Shown here piece after piece: positions 29,357-44,340 of a stretch of DNA of 64,000 nt. The notes beneath the pieces are model-generated. The model saw only the letters and a program-made list of their open reading frames with translations, searched no databases and was not told the origin of the DNA. The DNA comes from the human T2T-CHM13v2.0 reference genome, Homo sapiens, in the NCBI RefSeq assembly GCF_009914755.1, contig NC_060944.1, one strand, 5' to 3'. Within the stretch, counting starts at the first letter, position 1. Every line of letters begins with the position of its first letter. A program made the translations under genes and the position numbers.

Positions 29357-29823
29357 TTTTTTTGTTGTTTTTTTTTTGGTTTTTTGAGACGGAGTCTCAC
29401 TCTGTCGCCCAGGCTGGAGTGCAGTGGCGCGATCTCGGCTCACAGCAAGCTCCGCCTCCCAGGTTCATGCCATTCTCCTGCCTCAGCCTCCAGGTGGCTG
29501 GGACTACAGGAGCCCACCACTACGCCCGGCTAATTTTTTGTATTTTTACTAGAGACAGGGTTTCACAGTGTTAGCCAGGATGGTGTCGATCTCCTGACCT
29601 CGTGATCCACCAGCTTCGGCCTCCCAAAGTGCTGGGACTACAGGCGTGTGCCACCATGCCCAGCTAATTTTTTGTATTTTTAGTAGAGACAGGGTTTCAC
29701 AGTGTTAGCCAGGATGGTCTCAATCTCCTGACCTCATGATCCGCCCGCCTCAGCCTCCCAAAGTGCTAGGATTACAGGTATGAGCCACTGAGCCACCGAG
29801 CCACTGACCCACCGCGCCCGGCC
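29357..29823 (-). mobile_element. AluY-like element with duplicated left arm (trimeric)
   Basis: Left-arm segment present twice; a single TSD AAAAGCAATT flanks the whole element. Confidence 0.88.
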
Positions 29824-30102
29824 AAAAGCAATTGTTTTTCTAAATACTGGCAACAATTGGAAACAAAATTTTTTAAAGGACCACGTACATGGCATAAAAT
29901 ATGAATACTTAAGAATAAATTTAACAAAGTATGTTCAGGATACAAACACTGAGAACTTGAAACAACCCTGAGAAAAATCCTGAAAGGCCTAAATCAATGA
30001 AGAGGTACAACACGTTCGTGAATCAGAACACTCGATATTGCTAAGATATCAATGATCATAAAACCGATCTATAGACTCAATACAATCCCAAGCAAGATAT
30101 CA

Positions 30103-30411
<309 letters not shown>

Positions 30412-30851
30412 CTATCAAGGTATCAAGAGGCTTTTTTTGTAGAAGTTGACGAACTGATTCTGAAACACATGAATGCAAACGACCAGAACAGCCCTCAACG
30501 TTTTCGAAAAAGCAGCACTGGAGGACTCCTGCCACCCATCAACACTCCCTCTAAATGGGCTGGAAAGTGCTGAGCTGCAGAAGGGAAGACAAGGACATGA
30601 GTGGACAGAACACATCCCAGAAGTGACGTCCTCACACGTGGCCGACTGAGTTTCAATAAAGGCAGCAGCATCGTTCAATAGAGAAAGGAAGGTCTCCTCA
30701 ACACATAAGGCTGGCATGATTGGTAACCACAGAAAAAACGAGTCTCAACCCCCTACCTTACAACTCTCCCAAAATTAACTTGAATTGGGTTGAGTAAGAG
30801 CTAAAGCCATAAGCATTCTAGAAAACTCCTGTACCTTGGGTTAGGCAAAAA

Positions 30852-30990
30852 TTTATTTAAGAAGGCACAAGATGAATTCTTAAAATGACTCACTGGATTT
30901 ATTTAAGAAGGCACAGGACGAATTCTTAAAATGATACACTGGATTTATTTAAGAAGGCACAAAATGAATTCTTAAAATGATACATTGGGC
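30852..30990. repeat. Three-copy 46-bp tandem repeat within L1
   Basis: TTTATTTAAGAAGGCACA..A.GAATTCTTAAAATGA..CA.TGG at 30852, 30898, 30944. Confidence 0.9.
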
Positions 30991-32762
30991 TTCCTTAAAA
31001 TTGAAAACTTGCACTTTAAAACGCATGCAGCTAAAAGAAAAGGCAAACACAGACCAAGAAAATAGTTACAGAACAATTCTATCTGATAAATTACTTACAT
31101 CTAGAAAATACATTTTAAACTCTTACTAAATCAATAATGACAAAACTAACAACCCAATTTAAAACACACAGACAAAAGATTTGAAAAGACACCTCCCGAA
31201 AGAAGATAGGCAAATGAGCAAATAAGCTGGTGGAAAGACGCTCAGCATTAGTCACTAGGGAAATGCAAATCAAAGCCACAACATAATGGCACGGCACCCA
31301 TCGAAAAGGCTAAAATTCAAGACTGACCATACCAGCTTTCCGCAAGGATGTCAACCTTTATGCGCTGCTGGTGAGACACAATGCAAAACAGGACAGCCAC
31401 TTTGGAGTTCCTTCAGAAATTAATATTCATTTGCCATATTCAGCAATCCCACCCCTAGTTATCTACCCAAGACAAAGAAAAACTTATGTTCATATAAAGA
31501 TTTATAGGAAACATTCATAGAAGCATTGCTCATAATAATCAAAAGCTAGAAACAACCCAAATACCCATCAACTGGTAACCAGATCACCTGCGGTCCAGCC
31601 GCACACCAGGATGCTGCTCAGCAACGCAAAGGAACCAGCTACTGGCACGCACACGACACACCACTTGGGCACCACGCAGAAGTATCCCGCCAAGGGAAAG
31701 GGCCAGATGTGAGGCTCCCACTACATAATCTCATTTATACAAAATTCTAGAAGAGGCAAAATCACAGTGACAGCAGCAGCTCAGTGGCTGCCGGGGAGGA
31801 AGCTGGAGCAGGGGCTCACCCCCAGGGGCACGAGGCTACAGAATGATTCCGATCCTGTACTCGACGGTGGTGGTGACGTGACTATCGTTAAAACTCACAG
31901 ACCTACAGGCTGAGAAAGGTGCGCTCTGCCACGCGCCAACTACGCCTCCATAAACGGAGATTTAAAAAGTAGTATGTGCTAACACTGCATGCCCACTAGA
32001 ATAGGCAAAACAGAAAAGCCTGGCCACGCCAAGAGCCAGCAAGATCTCACGGCAGCAGCACTGAGCCCGCGGATGAAACTAAATTCGCAGAGCCGCTCAG
32101 GAACACAGCCTGGCAGTTTCTGACAAGACCAAACTCACACCTTCCGTACGACTCAGCGATTCCACTCCTAACATTTACCCAAAAGAAAAGGACGTCTACA
32201 CGTATGTTCGCACAAAGGCTTGAACACAAATGTTCAAAAAGAAGCTTTATTCGTAATAGCCAAAAACTGGAAACATGCCAGACTCCTCAGCTGGCAAATG
32301 TATAGCGTACATCCAAACAGAAACCATTCCCCATAAAAATAACAAACTGTGGACACGTGTTGCACACGATGCCCCTCCAAGTACTCTGAGTAGGAAGCCG
32401 GACACCAGGGAGCACACAACTGGGGTTTCAGCGACCTGAGCGCTCCAAAGGACAGATCCACACCGACGGCGAGAGGCGGCCCAGAGAACACCTTCCCGTC
32501 CAGGGCTGTGGGCCGACAGCAGAGGGCACAAGCAGACCCTCTGGGGGGCTGAACGAAATGGGGGTAGACATCCTCAATCTGTGCACTTACAAGGGGGACA
32601 TTTTATTGTATATAAATTATGTCCCCTCCAAGAATTTTTATGCATGTTAACCTCTATTTAAAGGAGAGCCCCTACCCTCAAACTGTCAGCCTCCACGTAC
32701 AGCCACGCCTCACATCATGATGCTCCTGGCAATAACAGACGGCATACATGACGCTGGTCCCA

Positions 32763-33268
<506 letters not shown>

Positions 33269-33310
33269 CCCTCCCACATACAATTCTGTAGCATACAGAA
33301 TACTGGCTAA

Positions 33311-34034
33311 TGATACAGACAGGAGGCAAGGAAATACTGGGTAGAAGAGGGCAATTTCCCAGCAAAGGCCCCACCCTCAAGCCTGGACACCTGCAGCCCT
33401 AAATGGGAACAGGCATTCCTGTTTCCGCGCCCAAATGTTGCCTTTTCCAAGACTAATCTGGCCTGCCACGCCCCTATCTGGTGCCCATATAAACCCCAAG
33501 CTCCACTGACGAGAGCAAAGTGGCGCAGCAGAGAAGGAGAAAAGAGAAGGAGCGTCTGAATGTCGAGAGGGGTTTGGCTGGGCACCGTCCAGGAGGAGAT
33601 CGGCTGCGGGACGGCTGAACTCCAGAGGAAGATCATCTTCTCACTCCATCCCCTTGCCAGCTCATCCATCTCACTGAAGGCCACCTCCATCACTCAATAA
33701 AATCCCCACAAATGCCATCCTTCAAGTCCGTGTGACCTGATTCTTCCTGGACACCGCACAAGGACTCGGGTACCGAGAGGGCAGGGGGAAAAAGGCTGTC
33801 GCCTGACTCTCTGCTGAGCTGGTTAACACTTAGCCATCTGAGAATGGCAACTGCTAAAAGAGCATTCATTGTAATCTACCCCTAGGTGCTACTGTGGGGC
33901 GGGAGCCCAAAAGGGCTCACCCGGGCTCCTGCACCTGCCCGTCTGCACGCTCCCCTGCACGCTCCCCTTCCAGCAAATGAGCCACAGCCCCTGTTGCAAG
34001 TACCCAGAGCGGGTCAGGGAACTCTCCTGTTTCA
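33311..34034 (+). mobile_element. ERV1 solo LTR, MER50-like, nested in Tigger3
   Basis: TGATACAGACAGGAGGCAAGGAAATACTGGGTAGAAGAGGGC...CTCCTGTTTCA; TG..CA ends; ATATAAA ~33487; AATAAA ~33696. Confidence 0.8.
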
Positions 34035-34380
34035 ATGATAATTAGCAACAATGTTACTGGTTTACATATTCACTACATTCTACTTCCCATCACTGTTTCA
34101 GAAATATACTGCATCTACTTATTAAAACTTACAGTTAACTGTAAAGCAGCCTCAGGCAGGTCCTTCAGGAAGAGTCCAGAAGAAGGTACTGATATCATAG
34201 GGATGACGGCTCCATGTGTGTTACTGCCCCTGAAGACTGCAGGGAGACGGGACTTGGAGGTGGAGGGCAGTGATGTGGATGATCCTGACTCTGTAGGCCT
34301 AGGCTAACGTGTGCTTGTGTCTTGTTTCTAACAAGTAAGTTTAAAAAGTAATAAATAATTTTAAAAATGGAAAAAAGCTC

Positions 34381-34645
34381 GCTGGGCGTGGTGGCACACG
34401 TCTGTAAACCCAGCATTTCTGGAGGCTAAGACAGGCAGATCGCTAGAGCCCAGGAGTCCAAGACCAGTCTGGGCAACACGGTGAAACCTACAAAAAAATA
34501 CAAAAATTAGCCCGGCATGGTGGCCACGCCTGCCTGTAGTTCCAGCTATCCGGGAGCCTGAGGTGGGAGGATCTCCTGAGCCCAGGAGGTCAAGGCTGCA
34601 GTAAGCCATGATTGCGTCACTGCACTCCAGCCTGGGTGACAGAGC
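34381..34645 (+). mobile_element. Alu (AluJ-like) within Tigger3
   Basis: Alu motifs; tail largely lost. Confidence 0.87.
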
Positions 34646-37554
34646 TTACAGAATAAGGATACAAAGAAAGTATTTTTTTGCACAGCTGTATAATGTGTTT
34701 GTGTTTTAAGCTAAGTGTTACTACAAAAGAGTCAAAAAGTTTGAAAAAGTTAAGTTTATAAAGTTATAGTAAGTCAAGGTTATTACTGAAGAAAGAAAAC
34801 TGTGTTTTTATAAATTCCATAGTCCCTAAGCATACCCTAAGCATAGAGTGCCCCAGAGCCTACAGCAGCACAGTCATGTCCCAGGCCTCTCAGACTCCCG
34901 CAGAGCAACACCCAGTCCTGCAAGCGCCATTCATGGTGAGTGCCCTACACAGATGCACCATTTTTCATCTTTTATCCCCTAGTTTTACTGTACCTTTTCT
35001 ATGTTTAGATACACAAACTCACTATCGTGTTACAACTGTACACGTCACAAGCCATGCAGGTTTACAGCCCAGGAGCCAGGGGCCGCACCACACAGCCTAA
35101 GAGTGTAGCAGGCTGTGCCATCCAGGTTTGTGTTAGTATATTCCACGATGCTCGCACAACGATGACATTGCCTAATGATGCGTTTCTAGAATGTATCCCC
35201 ATCACTAAGTGGCGCGCGACTGTACCTGGTTTACACATAATTCCAGGAAGTATTTCTAAGCCCACTGCAGGCTGGACGGGAAGACACAGAGGCAGGGCCC
35301 GTTAGCTAACCCAGGCTTCAGCCTCCCACCAATGCAAAGACCACCCTGCCTGGCCTTCCCTTAAGACTGAGCCTCCCCTGTCTCCAGCCCAATATTCCCA
35401 GGCAGAGCTAACTTGTGCTTATTATATGCTTTTTGCCTTGGCAGAGAAAAATATATGTATTTTTTAAACTATTTCCTTCCAAAATTATTTTTTTTAAGTT
35501 TTAGTGCTTGAATTATGCAGAAAAGCATCACTATTCAGAGTAATTTCCTGAGTGTACTACACATAAAACTTCAAGTTTTTCAATTAAAATAAAATGCTAC
35601 CAGAGATGATCTCCAGATTATATTAAGAAAAAATGTCAAGGTAAAAATTAGCGTATATGCTACATTAGTTATAATAGGAGAAAAAGAATATATGTGTGTA
35701 TGCATGCGAGTATGTGTATTTTGAACCACATAAATGTTTTATACCCTCAAAATACAAAATGAAACAAAAAAAGTAAAATTGAAAACAAACCAAAACATAA
35801 CTAAATTGTGTATCAAATTGGTAACATAACCAACACAAAAAAGGATCATTTCAGTGGAGTTTTGAACACAGTACTGATCTAACATCCTTAAAGAATAAAT
35901 TCTAAAGACAAAGAGTGCAAAGAAACCTTAAACTTTACTCTCATGTTATTGTTGTAATTCTGAATCTGTGTTTAAGTATAGGGTAGCAGAAGCCAAGTAA
36001 GTAAATATGTTTATGTTACTAGGATCTAAGCTTTTCTGTGCAAGAGAAGAGATAAAAATACAATTTCACAGAATTTACAGGAGGGGGAGAATGTGCTGTG
36101 TTAAAAATGTGACCAGCATGACCAGCACCCCCAGCGCTGCCGAAACTGCTCGAGAGTCATTTTCCTCTAAATGCCATTCCAAGGCTCCTCCGGGAAGAGA
36201 CAGGCCTGGGACAGGAAATACAGGATGAGGCTGATGTCTTGCACCAGAGGCACCAAACAGGATGGAGCGAAGGCCAGGAGGAGACCCATGGGCACAGGGA
36301 GCAGTCCCACATGGCAATGGACAAGCCACTCAGCCCAGGGGGAGAAAAGAGGCCACCTTGAGTGACACATGAAAATTAATCCTGGACAGATTAGTGACTA
36401 CAAGGAAAAGAAAACTCACAACGCCGACATGAAAACACAGGTGAGTAGGTAAATAACCTCAGGTAGGGAGAGACAGTCTAGCCACACTGCAGGAAGAGAA
36501 CTCGCAAAGCCATGCCGCTCAAACGGAATCCCATCGGGATGCTCCCCGCTCAGGACTGTCACAGGGACAACCGTCCCGCACCTCCTGGCCCATGCACCCT
36601 CCCCACCGGCCACACAAGGTCTGGAATGTTCTTCCCTGCCCTTCCTGGGAAAGCCCTGCCTGCCGTGCCTGCCCGCTCCTCTCTACCCTTGACTCGCTTC
36701 AGGTGCTTGGTGGAGACGATGGCGGTGAAACTTTCAACAGCGCGCCTGTTTGGGTTTAAGCTTCAGAGAACAGGCGCAGAATCCCTGCACGTGCAAGCAC
36801 TCCGTGAGTGCTGTGGGATGAACCAGCGATGCTGCCTGAGCCACACACCCGTGGTCTCGGTTCTACAGTTCTCCCTTGGTGACAGGAATACAGACTAGCA
36901 TGCGTTTCTTTTCCATACTTTTTTGCCTTTATCAAATTTTCTAGGATGAGTACGTACTACTCAGAAAGAAAATAACTATTTAAAAGCCAGAAAACTGCCT
37001 TGTTTGTGAGTGTAAGGCTACATAAGCTATTGCCACACACCTGCTCCTGGAAAGGGTGAACGCTGAGGAGAGCGCAACAGATCTGTGGCGAAAGAGCAGG
37101 CGGGCATGAAAACTCTTTCTCGTCTAATCCAGAGCAGACGCTCCTGCTTGGACGAAGGGAAGACAGAACTGACGCTCGGGGTACAGACAGGTCCCAAACA
37201 CACAGCTCCTCATTTGTGTCCTCTGCAGGAATAGCAGTAACCTCTTTTTCACAACTATAACGAACAAATTTTCCTTCTCTCACGCAAACACTTCCAAATA
37301 CTGATTCTCTCCTAAAGAAATGCAAAGTTCCACAGCCAGCATCAGATTTAAGAGGCAGTTAACTAGGCTGTTTCCCGCCAGGCCGCTGAAAGCCCTCGCT
37401 CTGCGGTGCCCCCGTGCAGCAGACGGCAGACATTGGGATTGGGATTCTGTGCCAACAAATGAGACACAAATGACAACCACAGCCATAACTGCCTTTCCTT
37501 CCCCGAAACACCACGCTACAGGCAACAGGAAGGAACATGGCCCCAGGGACTTGG

Positions 37555-38500
37555 TACGGCTTTACTGAAATACAGTTTACATAAAACAAAATCCACCTAT
37601 TTTAAGTGTGCAATTTGAAAAGTTTGGGCAAATGTATACAGTTGTGTAACCACTACCACAATCAAGATTTAAAACGTTTCTATTCGCTTAAAACATGTCC
37701 TAATGCCACACTACGTCACCCTCAATCCAGGCAACCACAACTGTTCCAGCTTAGCTTTTTCTAGAATTTCATACAAATGAAATTGTGCGATAGGCGGTCT
37801 TTCCCTCCCGGCTTCTTGCACCTGCTGGGGAATTTTGTAGATTCACTGTATTGCTGCATGTGTCGTGATCCGCTCCTGCGTGGAGCTGAGCAGCATCTCA
37901 CCATACGGATCTATCACATCACCTGTCACCACTCATGGCAGGATGGACACTTCGGTTCTTTCCAAATATCCTGGGTGGGGCTGCCGCACACGGTCAATCA
38001 GTACTTAACTTTTTACGCTTCTCCTAACTGTCAGCGTTGAGGGTCCCAGGACCTCCACACCCACCGACACACGGGATGGCTGTCAGTTTAACTCCAGCTG
38101 TTTTTAGGTGGGTGTGTTATCAGCCGCAGCATCCCACTGGGGTTTCATGTCCTGGAGTCTAACTATGTGAGCACCTTTTCGTACACCTGCTAGCCATTTG
38201 TGTACCTTCTTTTGGGTCTATTCAAACCTTCTGCCCATTTTTAACCGTTGTTTGTCGTCTTGTTATTTAGTCGTGAGAGTTCTTTACGTACTCTGGACAC
38301 CAGTTCTTTGTTAGATATAAATATTTTCTCCAAGTCGACGGCTTGCCTTTTCATTGTCTTAACAACGTCTGTCAACCAGCAAAAGTTTTCCTTTAATTTT
38401 GAAGTCCTATGTATCGACTTTCTGCCCTATTAGTTCATGCTACTTGTATCCTAGGAAATCTTTCTCCAGCCACAGTCATAAAGACCATCACTGTATTTTA
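37555..38500 (-). mobile_element. Old L1 3' fragment (sense to TAF4)
   Basis: TTTACTGAAATACAGTTTACATA...TTTTAAGTGTGCAATT...TTCAAACCTTCTGCCCATTTTTAA...TTTTCTCC. Confidence 0.7.
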
Positions 38501-39923
38501 CTCATCTATTCTTCGACAATTACTCTCTTTTCAGAAGGACAACTTCAGTGTCACTATGAGCGGGACACACTCTTACTAGCATGGGGCTATGGTAGCTACC
38601 ACTGCAATCCCAAAGCTGACCAGGCTCCCTCCTTACCCCGAGAGGTCACACCACCAGCCTGCACTGACACCCCTGAAACACTGACCTTCTAGAAACATTC
38701 TTTTTTTCTGAGAGAGTCACACCAAGGTCTGGTTAACGAGGCACTCAGAGCATGGACTTCTCTTAAAGCTGATGAATATTCGTGAGCTCCTTTAGAAGGA
38801 AGAGATCACACAGTCTCAGGGCACCTGCTCTACCCTCTTCCCTCTACAGCGAGACCCTCCCCACCCCCGCACAAGAAAGGGGCGCTGAGAAGAGTAAGTC
38901 CACAGGCAAGTGAAGACCCCATCACATGCACAACAGGCCACACTCAGGACAGCGCTAGAGGCACCATCACACTGGAAATAGCATAAAAAGAGATGGAAAC
39001 GGTGGCGGAAGATGCTGCAGCCTCTGCCTCTGCCGTGAGCGCAGAGCGCACCGTCAAGCCCAGGTGATGCAACATGCTTCAGCACCAACCAGACTTCGCC
39101 ATGAGAAGAGTCGCCCCTGGCTCCCATCACAGGAACACGGCAGAATACAAACGCACGCTATCCAATGTCAATCATACCAAAAAGGACACAGCCATGGAAG
39201 CCGCAGGTCTATTTTTATAAACACCAGCACCCGGGATTCCTCGCCGAGATGTTCAAACACGGGCGCTGCCTGACACCGGCAACCCTGCCCCGGGACCGCC
39301 CCACATCAGGGCCATCCCAGACCTAGCTCCCCAGCACCCAAACCCTCACTGGACCACCCCCTCATCAAGATGCCTGGTCCCCCACCCAGAGTCACAATAC
39401 GGGGAAGGGTGTGTAGAAGAAATCAAGTCTCAAAGTCACCTCTGAAAATCCCTGAAGCCCTGGGGCTCAATGCCGAGTCAATTCCCTGTGGCTGCGACAT
39501 ACCTAGCACCTTCCCACACAGGGCAGGCTGGCGCGTGCCTGCCCAAGTCCCAGATGAGAAAGGGGGCTGCCTCTGGGAGTTCTGTTGTACCACAAATGCT
39601 TTTCTAAAAACCAAGAGGCAGCCCAGCCCTGTACTAGCTCCTCCTGGACACACCTAGGAAAGGATGGGAGTTGTCAAGTGATTTGCTCAGCTGGGCATCC
39701 CGAGTGCAGAGCAGTGAGGACAACCACAGACAGGGCCACCTGCAAGGCCTGGCTGGAATCTCCCTGACTCCAGCTGGCCAGCAGGTCCTAGCTAGCCCCT
39801 CCCTCCTGTCCCCAGGGTGGACCCTGCTCTTCCCCTAACAGAGGTGCTCCCACTCTCATGCAACACAAACCCACTGCACTTCCAGGGTCCTCGTGTGGGG
39901 CCACACCTCTGTTAAGCAGGATC

Positions 39924-40427
39924 GTCTCCCCACGTGCCCACCTCCGTCACCAGGCTCCATCCCCACAGGCCCTCTCCCTGTATGCCCACCTTGTGACCAG
40001 GCACCATCCCCCCAGGGCCCTCTCCTGGCGTGCCCACCTCGGTCCCTGGGCTCCATGCCCCCTGGTCCTCTCCCCACATGCCCACCTTGGTCACCAGGCT
40101 CCATCCTCCTGCAGCCCTCTCCCCGCATGCCCACCTCAGTCACCAAGCTCCGTACACCCCAAGCTCCGTACACCCCCACCCCAGCCCTCTCCCCACATGC
40201 CCACCTCGGTCACCGGGCTCCATTCCCCCCAGCCCTCTCCCTGCATGCCCACGTTGGTCACCAAGCTCCATCGTCCCGCGGCCCTCTCCCTGCATGCCCA
40301 CCTCGGTCACCGGGCTCCATCCCCCCCTGGGCCCTCTCCCCACATGCCCACCTCGGTCACTGGGCTCCATCCCCCCTCCCCCAGTCCTCTCCCCGCATGA
40401 CCACCTCGGTCACCAGGCTCCGTCCCC
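39924..40427. repeat. Degenerate C-rich minisatellite, ~10 copies of ~47-50 bp
   Basis: Recurrent CCCTCTCCCCACATGCCCACCTCGGTCACCAGGCTCCATCCCC. Confidence 0.88.
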
Positions 40428-43400
40428 CAACTCCAAGCTGCAGCATCTGCACTGTGCCTCCACTGGCACCACCCACCAGCCCCATCATGGCTGCTGGTTC
40501 TCCAGGTGCAGCAGTGCCCACGCCCGCCTTCCACATCTGCCCCCACTATCCCCACCATCAGGATGTGCCGAGACCCTGCAAGCGGGGTTCCCAGGCTGAG
40601 CTTCTGTGCGAGTGTCTGTGACCTGTCCAGGAAGTGGATCCCAAACATGTGCCCTGCAGGGCAGTGGTGAGCATGGGAGGCGCACACAGTGCCTGGCACC
40701 AGCCAGCATCCAGCAGCCACAACACACAGGCCCACTTCTGCGTCCCCTGCTCAGTGACCACCGCCCTCTTTCTGATTCTGTCTCCAGTGTGTCATCAGGA
40801 CCAACATCTAGAACCCAGGCCAGACCTTCTGGCTCTTCCACTCCACAGCCTTCAGGGGTCCCCACTGCCTGCAGAGGAAGGCCCTGCTCTCCACATCGTC
40901 CTGGGTCTCATCTACCTGAGTCACACCCATACTCACACCTGCAGAGAAGCACCACGGCCCAGATCCCTGCCTGCCCCAGCCCCGCACCCTGCCCCTCATC
41001 CACCGTGCACCCCAGCCCAACTCCCAACTCCCCAGCAGTCCACAGCTGCCACCAGGGTCACTCCAGAGGGAGGCAGGGCCCGGGCAGAGGTTCCAGAGCC
41101 CGGGTTTCTAGCCCCAGGCCCCACCAGTCACGTGGCCTTGAGCAGTTCATAGAAATGCGAGCCTCAGTGTCTCGTCCCTAGGCAGGTTTCACGACACCAT
41201 CGTCACAAAGACTAAACACGGTGCCAGAGACGACGGCACTCAAGATGCTTGGAGCAAAGTGACTGCTTCAGACCTGCTGCAGAAACCCAACCTGTCACGG
41301 AGCACACAGCAGCCCCACGGAGCAGCCTGTCCCCAAGGCAGGGAGTCAGCCTCACCCGCTCACCCCATCTTCACCCAACGCCTACTGTCACACGCTGGAG
41401 TTGTAAGTACTCACGGAGGACACCTGACAAACTGTTTTTCTACAACCTTCCATGAAGATGAGGCCACAACAGTCAAAACAGGTAACACCCAGAGCCCCCA
41501 GAGGACACTGCAGACCAGAAGGTTCTGCACAGCAGCGACCAGGGCACAGCAGCAGAAGGAAGGGCTCCTCCCCCACATGACCTATCCTCGGCCTCTCATC
41601 ATCCTCCCCTCCAGGGTCCCGGCCTGGCTCTGCTCCCCATGGACCACTCCATGTCCCATCACTCACCGCTCCCTTCTCCTGCCATTCTGGACCTGGGCAC
41701 AGCAAGAGTCTCCTCCTGGCACCTCTGCCCCATAGGAGGCAACTTCTGACGACTCTTCCCAAAACGCCACAATGCCTGCTTGTGCTTGTACATGGAGATT
41801 CCAGACAGGTGCCCCCACCCGCTGAGAGCAGCCCGGGGTGCTGGCAGCACAGTCTCCTCTCTCCCCCACCCCTCCCCAGCAAGACCCACCAAAACAAGAG
41901 TAAAGGAATTTAAATGGTCAAAGCCCCAATAAAAAGAGAAGAGAAGGACAAGAGAGTTCAATAAACCCAGTGCAGGCTCCATGAGAGCCACAGGGCTCCG
42001 GAACAGCAGAGGCCCGCCCGGGAGGGCACACCCCTGCTGCTGATAGGACGGGCATCTAGGCATCACCCAGAGCCACCTGCCAGGCTCCAGGCAGAAGGAA
42101 GAAGTCACGGCAGAAAGGACCTCTGCCGAGGAAACACACACACATTGGCCCCAAGAGATCAGAACCCCCACACCTGGCCCCCCAGAACAAGGCATGCCCA
42201 GCGCTGCTTCCTCCTGCACCCACCCAGCAAGGCCCCTTTCTGCCACTACCCACGCTGCCCTGGGCACTGGGGAATCAGTGGAGACCCCAGGCAGGGCCCC
42301 TCCCACAGAGCAGCTCAGAGCTGGGAAGAAAACATTTTCACCCCTCACAGGGGAAGCATCTGAAGTCAACAGCACACTCTCGAAAAGTTACAAGGAGGTT
42401 CAGAAAGGGAGGAAATCACCATGGAAATCACGTCCAAAATGAACCTCAGCCCATGGCCCCCAGTGTCAAGTGGAAGGCAGGGTGCAGGGCAGCCCCGCAG
42501 GCGCTGGGGCTGAGGAGCAAGAAGGGACCAAGTCCCCTGTGGGACCGGCAGCCTTGGGAGGGTTCCAGCGAGGCCCCGGCCTGCGCCCCAGCCAGTCACA
42601 GAGGCCCCTTCCTGCCCACTGGCCAGACACCCAGGGTGCTCAGCTCTTGACGTGGGACACCGGGGGTTCTGGGCCCACTGTGCCTGAAGCAATCACAGGG
42701 CGTCACCGCCCGGCCTGGCTACTCTCAGGCCTCCTCTCACACGATACTCCTGTCAGGCAGGGAGCCACCCAGCAATGCTCCCTCCCCACAGGGCCCTGGG
42801 ACTGCCCTCCCCAGGCTGCACGTGCAGAGGGAACTTCGTCATCTCGGCCCTGCAGCATGAGTCCCATCCACCGTTCACTCCCACCCCTCTCACCGCCATA
42901 GGACACAGGGCTGGGCCTGTCCCAGACCTGTTTTCCCACCACCAAGAGCCCTGATCCACAGAGGCCACCCTCCCTCCCCATCCGCTCGGTGACCCCCACA
43001 GCCATCAAGACAGTCCCTCAGTCCCCACAGTCCCTCCTCTGAGGGGCCTGGCCCCTGCCATGGCACCACTTCAGAACCTCATGGCAGGTGGCCTGTGGCC
43101 CTCAACGCTGCCCCTGCCAAGCCTCCTGCAGCCATCACTGGCCAGGCCATCAATACCTCAGGGGCGTCCCGGGTAGCAGGGATGCAGTGATGACAAACAG
43201 ATCCACCCGTGAGGAACCTGCACCCACAGGACATGCTCCATTCTGGATATCTGCCACCCCTTCCTGGACAAACCAAGGTTGCCGCCTCCCACCAGGCTCT
43301 AGGGCCTGCAGACACACGACCAAACCCCTGCAGGGCCATGTCACCTCCACAACCACAAGGAAGAGAGATGACAGGAAGGCCACCTTCCCCTTCTGCGTCC

Positions 43401-44034
43401 TGCACCGTGGACTCCCTGCATCCCCGCAGCACAGCATGGCCACCGAGCACCGCAGACGTGCCCAGGCCAACCAGCTCCAAGTGGGGTGCAGTAGCGGGGT
43501 GCAGGCTAAATGACAGTGGCCTGGATGAAGTGGCTGACATGAAGCATGTCAAAGGCTCAACCTCCCCCTCCCGCCCCACCCATCCTCATCCAGCCTAACT
43601 CCCACCGACCCGAAGCACGAATCCAAATGGGGCGCACTTTGTTTCCGCTATTGAGCATGGCTCCAAGATCTCTCCTTAAAATACAAACAGGAAAAAACAA
43701 AGAAACTGTCCTTTGACCCCCTCACCACAGTCAGTGACCTACTTCTCCATCTCCTCCTGAACCTGACCCCCAGCACTGCCATCTGGAACCAGCCGCCTCC
43801 AGTCAGCTGAGATCGACAAACCCCAGGGTGCCCTGCCCCGCACCAGCTCCACACCCCAGCCCCAGCCCGTGTGTGCCCTGTGGGTCACTGCCTCCCCTGC
43901 ATCACTAGAATGTCCCCGCCCAGGTGTCTGGGCTGGGATCTTGTCACCTCCCCCACAACAGATGGGCAAGTGTCCCATGGCTTGAACACCACCGTCCCCA
44001 CATTGCACCCCTATGTGAACTGCAGGCTCACGCT

Positions 44035-44340
44035 CCAGGTGCCTCGCGCCACCCCCCACACCCCAGGTCCCTCACACCGCCCCCCACACCCCACACCCCG
44101 GGTCCCTCAAGCCACCCCCACAACACCAGGTCCCTCACACCACCCCACCCCCACAGTACCAGATCCCTCGCGCCATCCCCCATATCCCAGGTCCCTCAGG
44201 CCATCCCCCACACCCCAGGTCCCTCACGCTGCCACTCGTACCATCAGGTCCCTCACACCACCCCACAAAACGCCATTTCCTTCACACCATACCCCATGAC
44301 ATCAGGTCCCTTCCGCCACCCCCCACAACACCAGGTCTCC
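44035..44340. repeat. Degenerate C-rich minisatellite, ~10 copies of ~30 bp
   Basis: Recurrent CCAGGTCCCTCACACCACCCCCCACAC. Confidence 0.82.

Noticed and set aside
36438-36446. Perfect + strand donor CAG|GTGAGT
   Set aside because: An isolated 9-mer can occur by chance in 64 kb; no partner exon identified
39856-41181. Cluster of Pro-rich ORFs of 170-240 aa
   Set aside because: Products of a C-rich minisatellite and GC-rich intron; no homology recognised
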